From the NCBI GenBank assembly GCA_963664325.2, contig CAXXDQ010000004.1, forward strand, positions 863,693 through 927,692: DNA of 64,000 bases. The letters run 5' to 3'. Both the position numbers and the translations under genes were made by a program. Shown piece by piece: positions 1-10,894 of this stretch. The notes under the pieces are model-generated. The model worked only from the letters and a program-made list of their open reading frames with translations, was not told the DNA's origin and did not search any database. Position 1 is the first letter of the stretch. Every line of letters begins with the position of its first letter. This DNA comes from Desulfomonilia bacterium (GTDB lineage Bacteria; Desulfobacterota; Desulfomonilia; UBA1062).

Positions 1-738
1 ATGGAACCCCCTGACTGGATATTTTCAATGAAAGACCTTGAAAAAGTGCTTACGAATCGAACAAAAGGCATCATAATTAACACGCCGGCAAACCCTTCCG
101 GCAAGGTTTTCAGCTTTTCGGAGCTTGAGATGCTCTCTGAATTTGCCATAAGGCACGACCTATTCGTTTTCACCGACGAGATTTACGAGCACTTCCTTTA
201 TGACGGCGTCAGGCATGTTCCGCCGGCAAAACTTCCAGGAATGTATGAACGCACGATATCGATCTCAGGGGCCTCGAAGATGTTCAGCGTTACAGGCTGG
301 CGTCTCGGATGGTGCATATGCGATGCAAAGTGGTCACAGGCCATAGGTTTTTTCAATGATCTTGTTTATGTCTGCGCGCCTGCTCCTCTGCAGGCTGGAG
401 TTGCCGCCGGCATTATAAAGCTCGGCAATGACTATTATGATGGACTCTCAACTGATTTTGAAGGGAAGCGTGCCATGATATGCGAAGCTCTTGCAGCTGC
501 AGGGCTTAAACCTCATATCCCGCAGGGTTCCTATTATGTGCTGGCAGATATAAGCGGTGTCCCGGGCAAATCAAGCAAGGAAAAAGCCCTTTATATCCTT
601 CATAAGACCGGCGTTGCAAGCGTACCCGGCAACGCCTTTTATCATGATAACGGCGGAGAATGCCTGGCCAGGTTTTGCTTTGCTAAAGAAGATGCCGTCC
701 TCGAAGAGGCCTGCAAAAGGCTTAAAAAGCTTGAATAA
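1..738 (+). CDS. PLP-dependent aminotransferase class I/II (5' truncated by window edge)
   Basis: Motifs IINTPANPSG, DEIYE, SKMFSVTGWRLG (PLP lysine) and ARFCFAK. Confidence 0.9.
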   Translation: MEPPDWIFSMKDLEKVLTNRTKGIIINTPANPSGKVFSFSELEMLSEFAIRHDLFVFTDEIYEHFLYDGVRHVPPAKLPGMYERTISISGASKMFSVTGWRLGWCICDAKWSQAIGFFNDLVYVCAPAPLQAGVAAGIIKLGNDYYDGLSTDFEGKRAMICEALAAAGLKPHIPQGSYYVLADISGVPGKSSKEKALYILHKTGVASVPGNAFYHDNGGECLARFCFAKEDAVLEEACKRLKKLE

Positions 739-953
739 CCGTTAGATGCAAGGAATTGAGATAAAGGAAAATATGATATATTAAATATGCTATAAGAAGC
801 ATAATAAATGTTCACAAGATATCCTGTTTTGTTATATGATTTTAAAAGTGCGGTATCTGTTCACATCCGGAAGCTCTTTCCTGGAAGAGATGACCGAATG
901 GCTGTTTGAGCTTTAAGAAATTGAATTACAACATTACAGGAAGAGGAGGAAGA

Positions 954-2381
954 ATGAAGGATTATAAATATATTTATATTAATGGAAGATGGGTGGCACC
1001 CGTAGGTAATGAAACCGTTGATGTAATAAATCCTTGCAACGAAGAAGTGATAGCAAAATGCTCCATGGGTAATGCCGAGGATGTTGACATGGCGGTTAAA
1101 TGCGCCAGAAACGCCTTTCCTTCATGGTCAAAGACGCCGGTATCAGAGCGCATCTCGATTATTTCAAAGCTTGCCCAGGCCATGACGTCCAGGCAGAACG
1201 AGATAGGCGATATCATTGCACTGGAAATGGGTATGCCCTCAGCCTGGTCAAGAATGATACAGGCCGGTCTTCCAATTGCGACACTGAACAGCTTCGTTCC
1301 CATTCTGGAAAACTATGAATTCGAATATCCCATGGCAGGAACCCAGATCGTGAAAGAAGCCATCGGGGTCTGCGGTTTCATTACACCGTGGAATTATCCC
1401 ATGCATCAGATAATCGGCAAGGTAGCTCCTGCTCTGGCGGCCGGGTGTACGATGGTCCTGAAGCCCAGCCAGCTGGCCCCGCTTGACTCCTATATACTGG
1501 CCGAAATTATAGATGGGATCGGACTTCCTCCAGGGGTCTTCAACCTCGTTCTCGGTGCAGGCTCCAGGGTGGGGCATGCCCTGGCGTCACATAAAGACAT
1601 AGATATGGTCTCGCTAACCGGGTCCACCAGGTCCGGAACCATGGTCGCCCAGGCCGCTGCCGAAACCATCAAACGGGTTACCCTGGAACTCGGGGGAAAA
1701 TCCCCTAACGTCATTCTGGATGATGCCGATATTACTACGGCTGTACTGAAAGGGGTGTATGGCTGCTTTTTGAATTCGGGTCAGACATGCATCGCCCTCT
1801 CAAGGATGATAGTCCCGGCGAACAAACAGAATGAGATTGTCGAGCTTGCAAAGGCGACTGTGGAATCGCTGAAGATGGGTGACGCGTTTGAAGACGGAGT
1901 TTATCTCGGGCCCATGGTGGATGATCACCAGCGGCAGTCGGTGCGTGATTACATCCGTTCTGGCATAAGCGAAGGGGCAACGCTTGTAACCGGTGGTCCT
2001 GAACGGCCGGAGAACCTTGAAAAAGGGTATTTCGTCAAGCCTACCCTTTTTGCGGATGTCCAACCCGACATGACCATTGCCAGGGATGAGATATTCGGTC
2101 CCGTGTTATGCATAATACCATACCGGAGCGAGGAAGAGGCTGTTGAGATAGCCAACAACACCGTCTATGGTCTGTCGGGCTCTGTTTGGTCAGGGGATAT
2201 GGAGAGGGCGCGCAGAGTGTCAAAACAGATCCGTTCCGGACAGGTATTTATAAACGGCGCCGACTTTGATATCAATGCACCTGCCGGAGGATACAAACAG
2301 TCCGGCATCGGCCGGGAAAGGAGCAAATACGGGCTCGAGGAATACCTGGAAATCAAGGCTCTGATAGGCCACAACAGGTAA
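954..2381 (+). CDS. NAD-dependent aldehyde dehydrogenase
   Basis: ITPWNYP, TGSTRSG, LELGGKSP, catalytic Cys in NSGQTCIA, EIFGPV; ATG at 954 follows GAGGAGG RBS (ORF track start 906 is upstream). Confidence 0.93.
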   Translation: MKDYKYIYINGRWVAPVGNETVDVINPCNEEVIAKCSMGNAEDVDMAVKCARNAFPSWSKTPVSERISIISKLAQAMTSRQNEIGDIIALEMGMPSAWSRMIQAGLPIATLNSFVPILENYEFEYPMAGTQIVKEAIGVCGFITPWNYPMHQIIGKVAPALAAGCTMVLKPSQLAPLDSYILAEIIDGIGLPPGVFNLVLGAGSRVGHALASHKDIDMVSLTGSTRSGTMVAQAAAETIKRVTLELGGKSPNVILDDADITTAVLKGVYGCFLNSGQTCIALSRMIVPANKQNEIVELAKATVESLKMGDAFEDGVYLGPMVDDHQRQSVRDYIRSGISEGATLVTGGPERPENLEKGYFVKPTLFADVQPDMTIARDEIFGPVLCIIPYRSEEEAVEIANNTVYGLSGSVWSGDMERARRVSKQIRSGQVFINGADFDINAPAGGYKQSGIGRERSKYGLEEYLEIKALIGHNR

Positions 2382-2421
2382 TGTTGTTTTCATGATTAAG
2401 TATATAAATATATCGGCGTAT

Positions 2422-4068
2422 TTATGACACGGACAGGATAAAGCATTTGGAACCGCCGCCACCCGAATCGCCCGCTTCTTGGCCAGGAGCAGCAGTGGCG
2501 GTCAATGTCATATCGTCCCCCAGTGATGCGCCTTCGGAATTAACGGCCACAATGCGGTAATGGTACAATGTCCCTGCGCTCAGACCTGAAATATTGACGC
2601 TGACAGGCTCGTTGATGTCTGAAGTTCCGGCTGAGGTGCTTTGTGTGGCGGTGCCGTAGGCAAGGCTGGTGCCGTATTCGAAATAGTATGCAGTCTCCAG
2701 TTCATTGGGATTCACTGTTCCATTGAGGGTCGCGCTGCTTTCCCCAAGAGCTGTTGCCATGGCGGTCGATACTACAGGCCGGGCGGAAATGGTTGTGAAA
2801 ACCGATGCCGCACTGTAGACAGTCCCAAACGAGCTCTGCGCCGCAAGTCTGTACCAGTATTGGGTTCCCGGGGTCAATCCGGTCAACTCGGCACTGACCT
2901 CAAGGCTTTCTGTTCCGTAGCCTGCCGATGCCGCTGCGGTTGTATTGCCGTAATTCTGGTCAGTTCCGTATTCGAAATAATAGCTCGTTGCCTTGCCCCC
3001 AGGGTAGACTGTTCCCTTCAGTGTCGCCCTTCTGGCAATAACGGGTGAGGCCGATTCTGCTGATGCGCGCGTCCAGTTGCCCGGTACAAGATATGCGACG
3101 GCACAGGAAACTGCCGCCGAGTCATATCTGATCCTCATGTAGCCGTTTTCTCCCCAGTTCTGTCCCCAGCTGTTGCGCAATATCCAGTAGCCTTCTCCGT
3201 TGTTATCATCCCAGCCCACAAGGGCAACGGCATGATCTGTCTGGGTGTAATAGCAGGGCACACCTGAACAGATGTCATTGGTGTCCTCATATATGCCGCT
3301 TTCATAAGCCATAAAGGCAGAGGTTATTTCGACCGCGGCATCTACCGGACCGTATGTAATGATGGCTGTTTTTATGGCGTCTGTGTCGCTGCAGGAAATC
3401 CTGTGCCATGAATCGAAGCTGACCAGCTGGTTTTCTGTGGCGGTGTATGCTTCAGGCTCGTTTACGGTATATGGAAATTCAGAGTCCCTGATTATGCCAA
3501 TATCTACCAGGGCCTGGAGCTCATAATAGCCATAGTCGGCACCATCGCAGCCGTAGAAATGGGAACCGTATTCGCTCATGCCGCCGAGGCTCCAGATTAT
3601 ATAGGATTCGGAGAAATCAGCGCAATCGCCGTCAATGTTATTGGTAGAAACGTTATAGACCCCCTCTGCGGCTGCAGCTGCCGCAAACCCATAACATGAA
3701 CCGCAGTCCCCCTGGTCCCTGACCGGCCCTATATACGACTTTCCGTTTTCATTCCTTAAGTCAAAGCTTGATGGAAGCGCCCGGCCGAGGTTTTCCGCAA
3801 GGGGGCCAATATCTTCAGCCTCAGGATTATGGACTATTATCGGGGGCAGCCTTCTTTTAAAGAGTTTCTTTTTATCTTCCGTAGGCAGATTGAATATGCT
3901 GTTCGGCTTGACAGAGAAATTGTATCCGTTATGAATAATCTTCTGCTGTATGGTTTCTATGCTGTCGGAATCTTCGAACAGCAGCTTATCAGATGCAAAA
4001 AGAGGCAGTACGGGAAAAAAGAGCATCACAGAAGCTATAATCATGAATAAACTTGAGCGCGTTATCAT
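2422..4068 (-). CDS. Secreted papain-family (C1A) cysteine protease with two FN3-like repeats and a C-terminal Gly-rich CFI tag
   Basis: Signal peptide; QGDCGSCY, HAVALVGW and RNSWGQNWGENGY motifs; repeated ATLxGTVxP..YYFEYGT units; ends GGGGSKCFILSVS. Confidence 0.88.
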   Translation of the reverse strand: MITRSSLFMIIASVMLFFPVLPLFASDKLLFEDSDSIETIQQKIIHNGYNFSVKPNSIFNLPTEDKKKLFKRRLPPIIVHNPEAEDIGPLAENLGRALPSSFDLRNENGKSYIGPVRDQGDCGSCYGFAAAAAAEGVYNVSTNNIDGDCADFSESYIIWSLGGMSEYGSHFYGCDGADYGYYELQALVDIGIIRDSEFPYTVNEPEAYTATENQLVSFDSWHRISCSDTDAIKTAIITYGPVDAAVEITSAFMAYESGIYEDTNDICSGVPCYYTQTDHAVALVGWDDNNGEGYWILRNSWGQNWGENGYMRIRYDSAAVSCAVAYLVPGNWTRASAESASPVIARRATLKGTVYPGGKATSYYFEYGTDQNYGNTTAAASAGYGTESLEVSAELTGLTPGTQYWYRLAAQSSFGTVYSAASVFTTISARPVVSTAMATALGESSATLNGTVNPNELETAYYFEYGTSLAYGTATQSTSAGTSDINEPVSVNISGLSAGTLYHYRIVAVNSEGASLGDDMTLTATAAPGQEAGDSGGGGSKCFILSVS

Positions 4069-4125
4069 TTCTCCAGGATATTCCTCTAAAAATATAAACG
4101 GCAAAAATTAAGATTACTTTAGAAT

Positions 4126-4156
4126 AAAAAAATCCCCTCCCCGTTAGGGGAGAGGT
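4126..4156 (-). terminator. Probable intrinsic terminator of the cpxP-like gene
   Basis: Minus strand cctctcccc-taac-ggggagggg followed by a T run. Confidence 0.55.
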
Positions 4157-4213
4157 TTGAATTGGGGGTTTAATAAAAGGAGGTTTCTATGAGTTTTGGG
4201 TTTGGTTTATCAC

Positions 4214-4732
4214 TTATTTAGTCGGAGCCTGTTTAGTATTTGTATCGTCTGAATAAGGACATCTGCTCTTACTATGGCATCCTTTCCAGCCTGTCTTGCA
4301 GGGACGGTCCTTTTCCCATGCCTTGATCTTCTCCAGAAGCATCTTCTGCTGCTTTGCGTCCAGCGTATTGTAGAACTGCGTGAAATAATCCACCATCTTG
4401 ACGCCCGGATTGGGCTCTGCAGCTATCTTTGTCTTGATATCCGCGGCCAGTGCGTTAATGTCCGGATTCCCCTTTGCTATCGCCTTGTCAATCTCTGAAT
4501 GGAACGACTGCATTCTTTCACGATGGGCTTTCATATCACTTGCGATGTTTTTCTTTATGGATTCAAGCTGTGCTTTTTGCGATTGCGTAAGATTAAGGTC
4601 TTTTACTTGTTTGTCTATCATTTTCCCCGGGTCGCCGAAACAGCCCGGGCCGAACCCTTCCCTGCATCCGGCAAACGCTAGCAGTGAGAAAACAACCATC
4701 AAGCCTGACGTTATGTACAATATCCTTTTCAT
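4214..4732 (-). CDS. Spy/CpxP-family periplasmic lipoprotein
   Basis: Lipobox LAFAG-C; LNLTQSQK and LDAKQQ (LTxxQ) motifs; divergent from an OmpR-family regulator. Confidence 0.8.
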   Translation of the reverse strand: MKRILYITSGLMVVFSLLAFAGCREGFGPGCFGDPGKMIDKQVKDLNLTQSQKAQLESIKKNIASDMKAHRERMQSFHSEIDKAIAKGNPDINALAADIKTKIAAEPNPGVKMVDYFTQFYNTLDAKQQKMLLEKIKAWEKDRPCKTGWKGCHSKSRCPYSDDTNTKQAPTK

Positions 4733-4803
4733 TTTTTTCTCCTTGTTCATTTTTGTTATGGGCGTTATTTATCCCCAAAATGTAAAAGGCGTATGTCGGA
4801 ATT

Positions 4804-4818
4804 GTAAAAAATTGTAAA
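4804..4818. promoter_or_regulatory. CpxR-type direct-repeat box GTAAA-N5-GTAAA
   Basis: GTAAA aaatt GTAAA between the cpxP-like gene and the response regulator; an extra GTAAA at 4782. Confidence 0.65.
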
Positions 4819-4877
4819 CTTATGAAAAAGACGGTAAATTGCCTTGAGAATAAAATAAAAGCGTAGCAAAAAGTTAA

Positions 4878-5576
4878 ATGAAAATGGAAAAGAAAGTCCT
4901 TATTATTGATGATGACGTAAAACTCAGAGACCTTCTTAAAGAATATCTCGAGGGATTCGGGTATCAGGTGAGCTGGCTGCCTGACGGTTCCAGGACACTG
5001 GAAATAATAAAGGATTCACCACCTGACATAGTTATCCTTGATGTCATGATGCCTGGCGAAGACGGGATAGAGGTACTCAGGAAAATTCGAACAAAATACC
5101 AGACTCCGGTGATAATGCTGACGGCTCGCGGGGAAGACTCGGACAGGATAATAGGTCTTGAGCTCGGAGCGGATGACTATCTGCCCAAACCCTTTAACCC
5201 TCGTGAACTGCTGGCCAGGATGAAAGCCGTTTTGAGAAGAGCGGACAGCAGCCCGGCATCTGAAGCCGATGATATGATATCTTCTGGCGGCCTTACTCTT
5301 AACAGGCTCAGACAGCGGATTTTGTACCAGGATAAGGAAGCTGATCTTTCAACAACCGAATTCAAGCTTATCGAGGCGTTCATGGAAAGGCCGGGCTCGG
5401 TTCTTTCAAGGGACGAATTGATGAATCTGGCCCGCGGACGTGATTTCATGGCCTTTGACAGGAGCATCGACGTTCACGTGAGCAGGCTGAGGGCAAAGCT
5501 GGAAGAACTGACTGGGAGCCGTGACTGGATCAAGACACACTGGGGGTCAGGCTACCTCTTTACGAAGGTGTTATGA
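4878..5576 (+). CDS. OmpR/CpxR-family response regulator
   Basis: Receiver domain (IIDDD, LDVMMP, KPF) and winged helix (DRSIDVHVSRLRAKL, TxWGSGY). Confidence 0.95.
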   Translation: MKMEKKVLIIDDDVKLRDLLKEYLEGFGYQVSWLPDGSRTLEIIKDSPPDIVILDVMMPGEDGIEVLRKIRTKYQTPVIMLTARGEDSDRIIGLELGADDYLPKPFNPRELLARMKAVLRRADSSPASEADDMISSGGLTLNRLRQRILYQDKEADLSTTEFKLIEAFMERPGSVLSRDELMNLARGRDFMAFDRSIDVHVSRLRAKLEELTGSRDWIKTHWGSGYLFTKVL

Positions 5577-6944
5577 GGACTCCCAAACTCTATATAAAAT
5601 TCTTTCTTACTTTTCTCGCGATCTTTGTTGTAACCGAACTGATGATATTCTCGTTTTTCCATTATGTGGTCGGAAAAAAAATGGCTGCCCATATGGCCGA
5701 TGTAAACCGCTATGCCGTAACAAGCCTTATTGAAGACAGGCTTTTTAAAACCCCTGGTTTAAACCCCAAGGAAAACCCCCATCTGAGGAAACTGCTTGTG
5801 GAACTGGGAAGGGTATATCATGCAAACGTATGGATAACCCAAAATAAAATGATAATATGCAGCTCTGAAATTATACCGTGCATGACTCCCGGAGAATGTC
5901 CCAGGGGAACGACATACGGTTATGAAAAGGACATCCGTGAATATGGGGGAAGATTCTTCTCCGTAGCTATCAGACTCCCGGATGGAAGGACAGGCATTCT
6001 GAACATGTCGCTGAGACCTCCGCCCAGACAGCCTCATGACCTGGTCTTCGCCATGGGACTTGGTGGCATAGGCGTCATAATTGCGTTGATGCTTTTCCCG
6101 CTTTACAGATTTATTTCCAGGCCGTTGGGCGAATTGAGGGATACGGCCATGGTGATAGCATCAGGCGACCTTTCTGCAAGGGCTCCCGTCAGAAGTTCCG
6201 ATGAAATAGGGGAACTGGCAAACGCGTTTAATAAAATGGCCGACAATGTAGAACGCATGGTGAAATCCACACGTGAACTTACCGCAAATATTTCGCATGA
6301 ACTGCGCTCGCCCCTTGCACGGATCCTGGTGGCGGAAGAGCTTCTCGAAGAAAAGCTCGGGCAGTCCGAGAACGCGAGACACTATCTTGAAAGCATAAGG
6401 AGAAGAAACCGCGGAAATAGACAGGATGATAGGTGACATCCTCAGGTTGAGCAAACTCGATATGAATGTCGCAAATGCCCAGAAGTCAGAATTCAATATT
6501 GCGGGAATGCTTAAAGAACTTGTCATGAGATTGGAACGCATCAGCCGAACATTCAGGCATAAAAATTGATCTCAATATTCCAGGTTCTCCGGTTGCGGGT
6601 TAATGCAATAAAGGACGACATAAACCGGGCGCTGGACAATCTGATTGCAAATTCAATTAAGTTCTCAGACGGGAAAGGCCCGGGTAACAATCAGACTGGA
6701 AGTTAATGCAGGCAGAGTCCTGATAGGTATCAGGAATACATGCCCCCCGCTTTCGAAAGAGGAGCCTTGACAAAATATTCCAGCCTTTCTACAGGGTTCC
6801 CGGCAGCACGCCGCAGGGAACGGGGCTGGGCCTCACCATAGCCCCGGAAGATTTCGGAAAACAACGGCGGCAGCCTCAGTGCATCATCATGGGGAATCCG
6901 GCATAGAAATGCTGTTTTCTGTACCTTATGGCGGCAGCGCTTAG
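5573..6944 (+). CDS. HAMP-domain sensor histidine kinase (CpxA-like), several frameshifts after about 6400
   Basis: Two TM segments, HAMP (DEIGELANAFN), H-box SHELRSPLARI; N-box (ALDNLIANSIKFS) and G-box (GTGLGLTIA) readable downstream in shifted frames. Confidence 0.8.
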
Positions 6945-7014
6945 GCTGGTTCTGATCTTTTAAAATTACTATCCGCTGTTCACCGGTGCAATTTTTTTTT
7001 TATATAATTCTCGA

Positions 7015-7871
7015 ATGGAGATTTCCAAGAAATCGATTATATACGTACCCGACGGTATAGAACCGGGTGTTGCACTCGCCCGGACAACACACATGGCAAT
7101 AGGTCCGCCCATCAGGACGATGCCGAGATAATAGCGCATGACATCATCTCCCAGTGTTTTGACAATCCCTTCAAGTGGTTTACCTGTATCGTTGTGGCAG
7201 ACGGTGCAGGAAGTGCGAGAAAGGGAAAATATTCAGAAATTTCAAAAGCGGAACTTGTAAAGATAAGAAATGCAGAACAGAAGGAAGCCGCCCGGACAGG
7301 AGATTACGGGGGCGCTTATACTGCTGGGGGCATCCAAGCGGTATTGTCAAAAATCCCAATCAGATCGTCGTAACGGATGAATTGAGGGGTATTTTGAAAT
7401 GGGCAAAACCGGATTACATTTACACTCACAATCCGTTTGACGTTCATGATACGCATGTTGCCGTTCTGCTCAGGACACTGGATGCCCTCAGACGCCTTTC
7501 CGGTGAATATATGCCCGAAAAGGTCTACGGATGCGAAGTGTGGAGAAGCCTCGACTGGCTGCTGCCTGAAGACCGAATACCGATTGATGTTTTCGCTTCG
7601 GCCTGAACTGGCTAAAAATCTGCTTGGGCTCTTTGAATCGCAGATCGGTTCCGGTAAGCGGTACGACCTTGCAGTACTGGGCAGGAGGCTTGCGAATGCC
7701 ACCTTTGACAGTGCGGTAAACCCCGATGCTTCAGATGCTCTCAGCTATGCAATTGACCTGAAACCTTTGATAGACAGTCCGGGTCTTGATATGAGTGTAT
7801 TCGTAAGGGAATTCCTCGACAGGTTCAAAGACGATGTAATAAGCCGAATAGAAAGGCTTGGGGGAATCTGA
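7015..7871 (+). CDS. PIG-L/LmbE-family N-acetylsugar deacetylase, frameshifted
   Basis: HQDDAE motif near 7110, DGAGS, YTHNPFDVHDTH, EVWRSLDW, YDLAVLGRRLANATF spread over several frames. Confidence 0.75.
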
Positions 7872-8872
7872 TGAAAAAGAAGGCTGCCTGTTTTAACGTG
7901 ATTAAGGAGATGTTTGAGGCAGCCGATGCGATCCGAAATTTTAACCCCGGGGTTGTTAAAGATTTTACCTGTGAAGCGAAGGGATACAATATGCTGTTTT
8001 TTACCGGAGAAGGAAGCAGCAGGATGTTTCCCGCAGCCCATGCCGTGTGGCTTTCCATGAGGCATGGAGGACCTGCCCCTGGCCTTTTCAGCTGGCTCGG
8101 ACAGAGGCCCTTGCTTATGACCTTAAAAACTGTGCGGTATTTGCGGCGACAAATTCAGGCATGACAAAAGAGACCATAAGGCTTTTAACCAGACTCGGTT
8201 CAGAAGGCCATCAGGCCCTTTATGCAGTCACGAATTCCCCTGGAACACCTGTAACAGAAGCCGCAAGCAGGACATACATCCTTTCATGCGGTATGGAAAT
8301 GGCGATACCGGCAACAAAAAGCCTGATCGAACAGGCGCTCTTTTACCACGCGCTCATTTTTGATATGGCCGGCACCCCGCTGGATGGCCTCATGGAGACG
8401 GGGAACGTCTTTGAAGAGGCGTTGTCGCAGGATATACCAGCTGTGCTTGTTGAAAAGACGGCCGGGGCGCCTTTTATATATTTTGCAGGATGGAACAATG
8501 GGGTGGCCGAAGAATTGTCGCTGAAGGCGGGGGAACTTTTACGGAAGAAAACGAGGTTCCTTGAAGGCACGATACTGCTTCACGGAATAGGAAGAGGTGA
8601 TGGATAAGGGCGAGATGGTGGTGCTGATTGATCCGTTTGAAGAGGATGAAGCCCTGATAAAAAAAAGGCTTGAAGAGAATATTGGTGTTCATGTCATTGC
8701 AGTTTCTGAAAGACAAACCCTGTTTCCGACCATTCTTATTCCGCAGGCCCCAGGTTTTGAATGTTATATCCAGATGGCCGCGGCCTGGAACATGCTGGTA
8801 AAGGCGGGCCTGCTGCTGGGGCTGGACATTGATCATCCTGCAAGGGTGAAGAAGGTCGGCAATGCAGTATGA
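7871..8872 (+). CDS. SIS-domain sugar-phosphate isomerase/deaminase (GlmS/NagB-II-like), frameshifted
   Basis: GEGSSRMFPA, NSGMTKET, PATKS, EELSLKAGE, LLHG and DHPARVKKVGN across three ORF fragments. Confidence 0.75.
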
Positions 8873-8994
8873 TTCTCTTCTGAATTCAAAACATGCCAGT
8901 GCATTCTCTGCCGGAACACCACTCGATATGCCCGAAAGTATGCCTCTTGCGCTTCCTGTCGGCTTTCCTGGCATCATTACGAATGCAAACCGGA
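8873..8994. repeat. Degenerate copy of a dispersed palindromic intergenic element
   Basis: Colinear similarity to 37954-38074 (cggaa..ctcga.at.c...aaagtatgcct....cgcttcct...ggcatcat...gaat...aaa..gga). Confidence 0.65.
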
Positions 8995-9019
8995 ATAAAT
9001 ATCATTAGATAAGGAGATA

Positions 9020-9819
9020 ATGATGAAAAAATTAATCTCTGCCGTTGCTCTTTTTACAGGACTGGCCGGGCTGGCAGCTCTTTCTGGGTGTTCAGATGTC
9101 CCTACAGGCAGCCTTCTTGAAGGAGTAAAACCCGGTCCCGATGGAAAGATTAATGTTGTGACTGTTTTCAGCCATCCTGATGATGAAACATTCTATACCG
9201 GCGGCACGCTCCCTGAAGATGAAAAAGGATCCGAGGGTCAGGCTCCACATAGTCTGCTTGACCAACGGCAACATGGACGAGGCAAAGGAAAATCTCGGGA
9301 TTACGAGGATCAGCTTGGTAAATTCAGAAAGAAGAGCTGAAACTTGCAGGTCTGGTGCTTGGAGCCGACAGTGTCGTCTGTCTCGACTATGACGACCAGG
9401 GACTTGAACCTGCCGACAAAGAAATAATGCTTAAACGCGTGCTTGATGAAATTAGTAAGAGCAATGCGGCAATAGTAATCACTAACGACCCGTTCGGGCT
9501 TTCGGGACACCCGGATCACATCGCCTGCAACAGTGTTGCCAAAAAGGCGTTTGATAAATCCTCGGCGCAAAGGCTTTACTATATAACCATGACGCCCTGG
9601 CGCTATAAATACAACATGATTTTCGCCCTGTCGGATTCAAAAGCGGAAAAGTCAAAACCGAGTATGCGCGTAGACATATCAAAGGAAAAGAAACTCAAGA
9701 AACTGGCCCTTTACAGCCATGTGACACAGGCCAATTTCTCGTTCTGGAACTCGATCGCCATGACAGAGGACCTCTGGTACAACTACGAGTATTTTACACT
9801 TGCGGGACAGAAACAATAA
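9020..9819 (+). CDS. PIG-L-family deacetylase lipoprotein, frameshifted
   Basis: Lipobox LSG-C, SHPDDE, LTNG, GHPDH and SHVTQ motifs across three ORFs. Confidence 0.78.
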
Positions 9820-10732
9820 TTGAAAAGACCGGCATACATTCATTTACATGAGAATGGCATCCTGGCTGATCGAATTGAAAGGGCCATCGACTCATTAAAA
9901 GAATGCAGACTATGCCCCAGAGGCTGCTGCGCTGACAGGCTTAAAGGACCAAACGGTTTCTGCCGTACAGGGAGATATGCTAAAGTGGCCAGCTACGGCC
10001 CGCATTTCGGGGAGGAAGCTCCGCTTATCGGTTCTCACGGCTCAGGGACAATATTTTTTTCATCCTGCAACCTGCTCTGTTCCTTCTGCCAGAACCATGG
10101 CATCAGCTTCGGCAATATCGGAAATGAAGTAAGACCTGATGAACTCGCCTCAATAATGCTTGAGCTTCAGTGCGCCGGTTGCCACAATATAAATTTCGTC
10201 ACGCCCTCACATGTAGTTCCTCAAATCCTAGAGGCAATACCTGCCGCCATTGAAAAAAGGTCTTAACATTCCCCTGGTTTTCAATACAGGCGGTTATGAT
10301 TCAGTAAAAACTCTTAAGCTTTTGGACGGCATTTTTGACATATATATGCCTGACTTCAAGTTCTGGGACAATGAACATGCCAGGCGTTTCTGCAATGTTG
10401 ATGATTACAGAGAGGCGGCCTGTGAGGCGATAACTGAAATGCACACCCAGGTTGGAGATCTGGTGATTGAAAGCGGAATCGCCGTTAAAGGTGTTTTATT
10501 AAGGCACCTTGTAATGCCTGAAGGCGTTGCTGGTACAGGGGATGTGATGAATTTTATCGCCGGGAAGATTTCAATAAACACATATGTTAATATTATGAAC
10601 CAGTACCGGCCGCACTTCAATGCAAACAGGGCTAACCTTATAGGCAGGTCCATAACTGAGGCTGAATTTTCTCAGGCGCTCTTATTTGCTGTCAGATCCG
10701 GACTGACAAGGATATGTGGTGTAACAATATGA
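9820..10732 (+). CDS. PflX-like radical SAM protein (frameshift in A run at about 10255)
   Basis: CRLCPRGC, HFGEEAPL, CNLLCSFCQN (CxxxCxxC), HNINFVTPSH, DIYMPDFKF, RHLVMP. Confidence 0.85.
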
Positions 10733-10894
10733 AATTAAAGATGCGAGCCTCTGACGATCTGATTTCAGCCGGGAGTGTATTTGCAGGGTTGGAAACAACA
10801 ATCGGTCCTATTTACCTGACTTATGGACAGGCTGACAACGGGCAGAGCTCATTATATTTCTATCTGGGGCATATGTATTAATCGGAGGTAAAAC

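Noticed and set aside
8870-8998. Cys-rich reading frame after the TGA of the SIS gene
   Set aside because: It is the translation of the dispersed palindromic repeat, and the SIS protein already ends at a plausible C-terminus (KKVGNAV).
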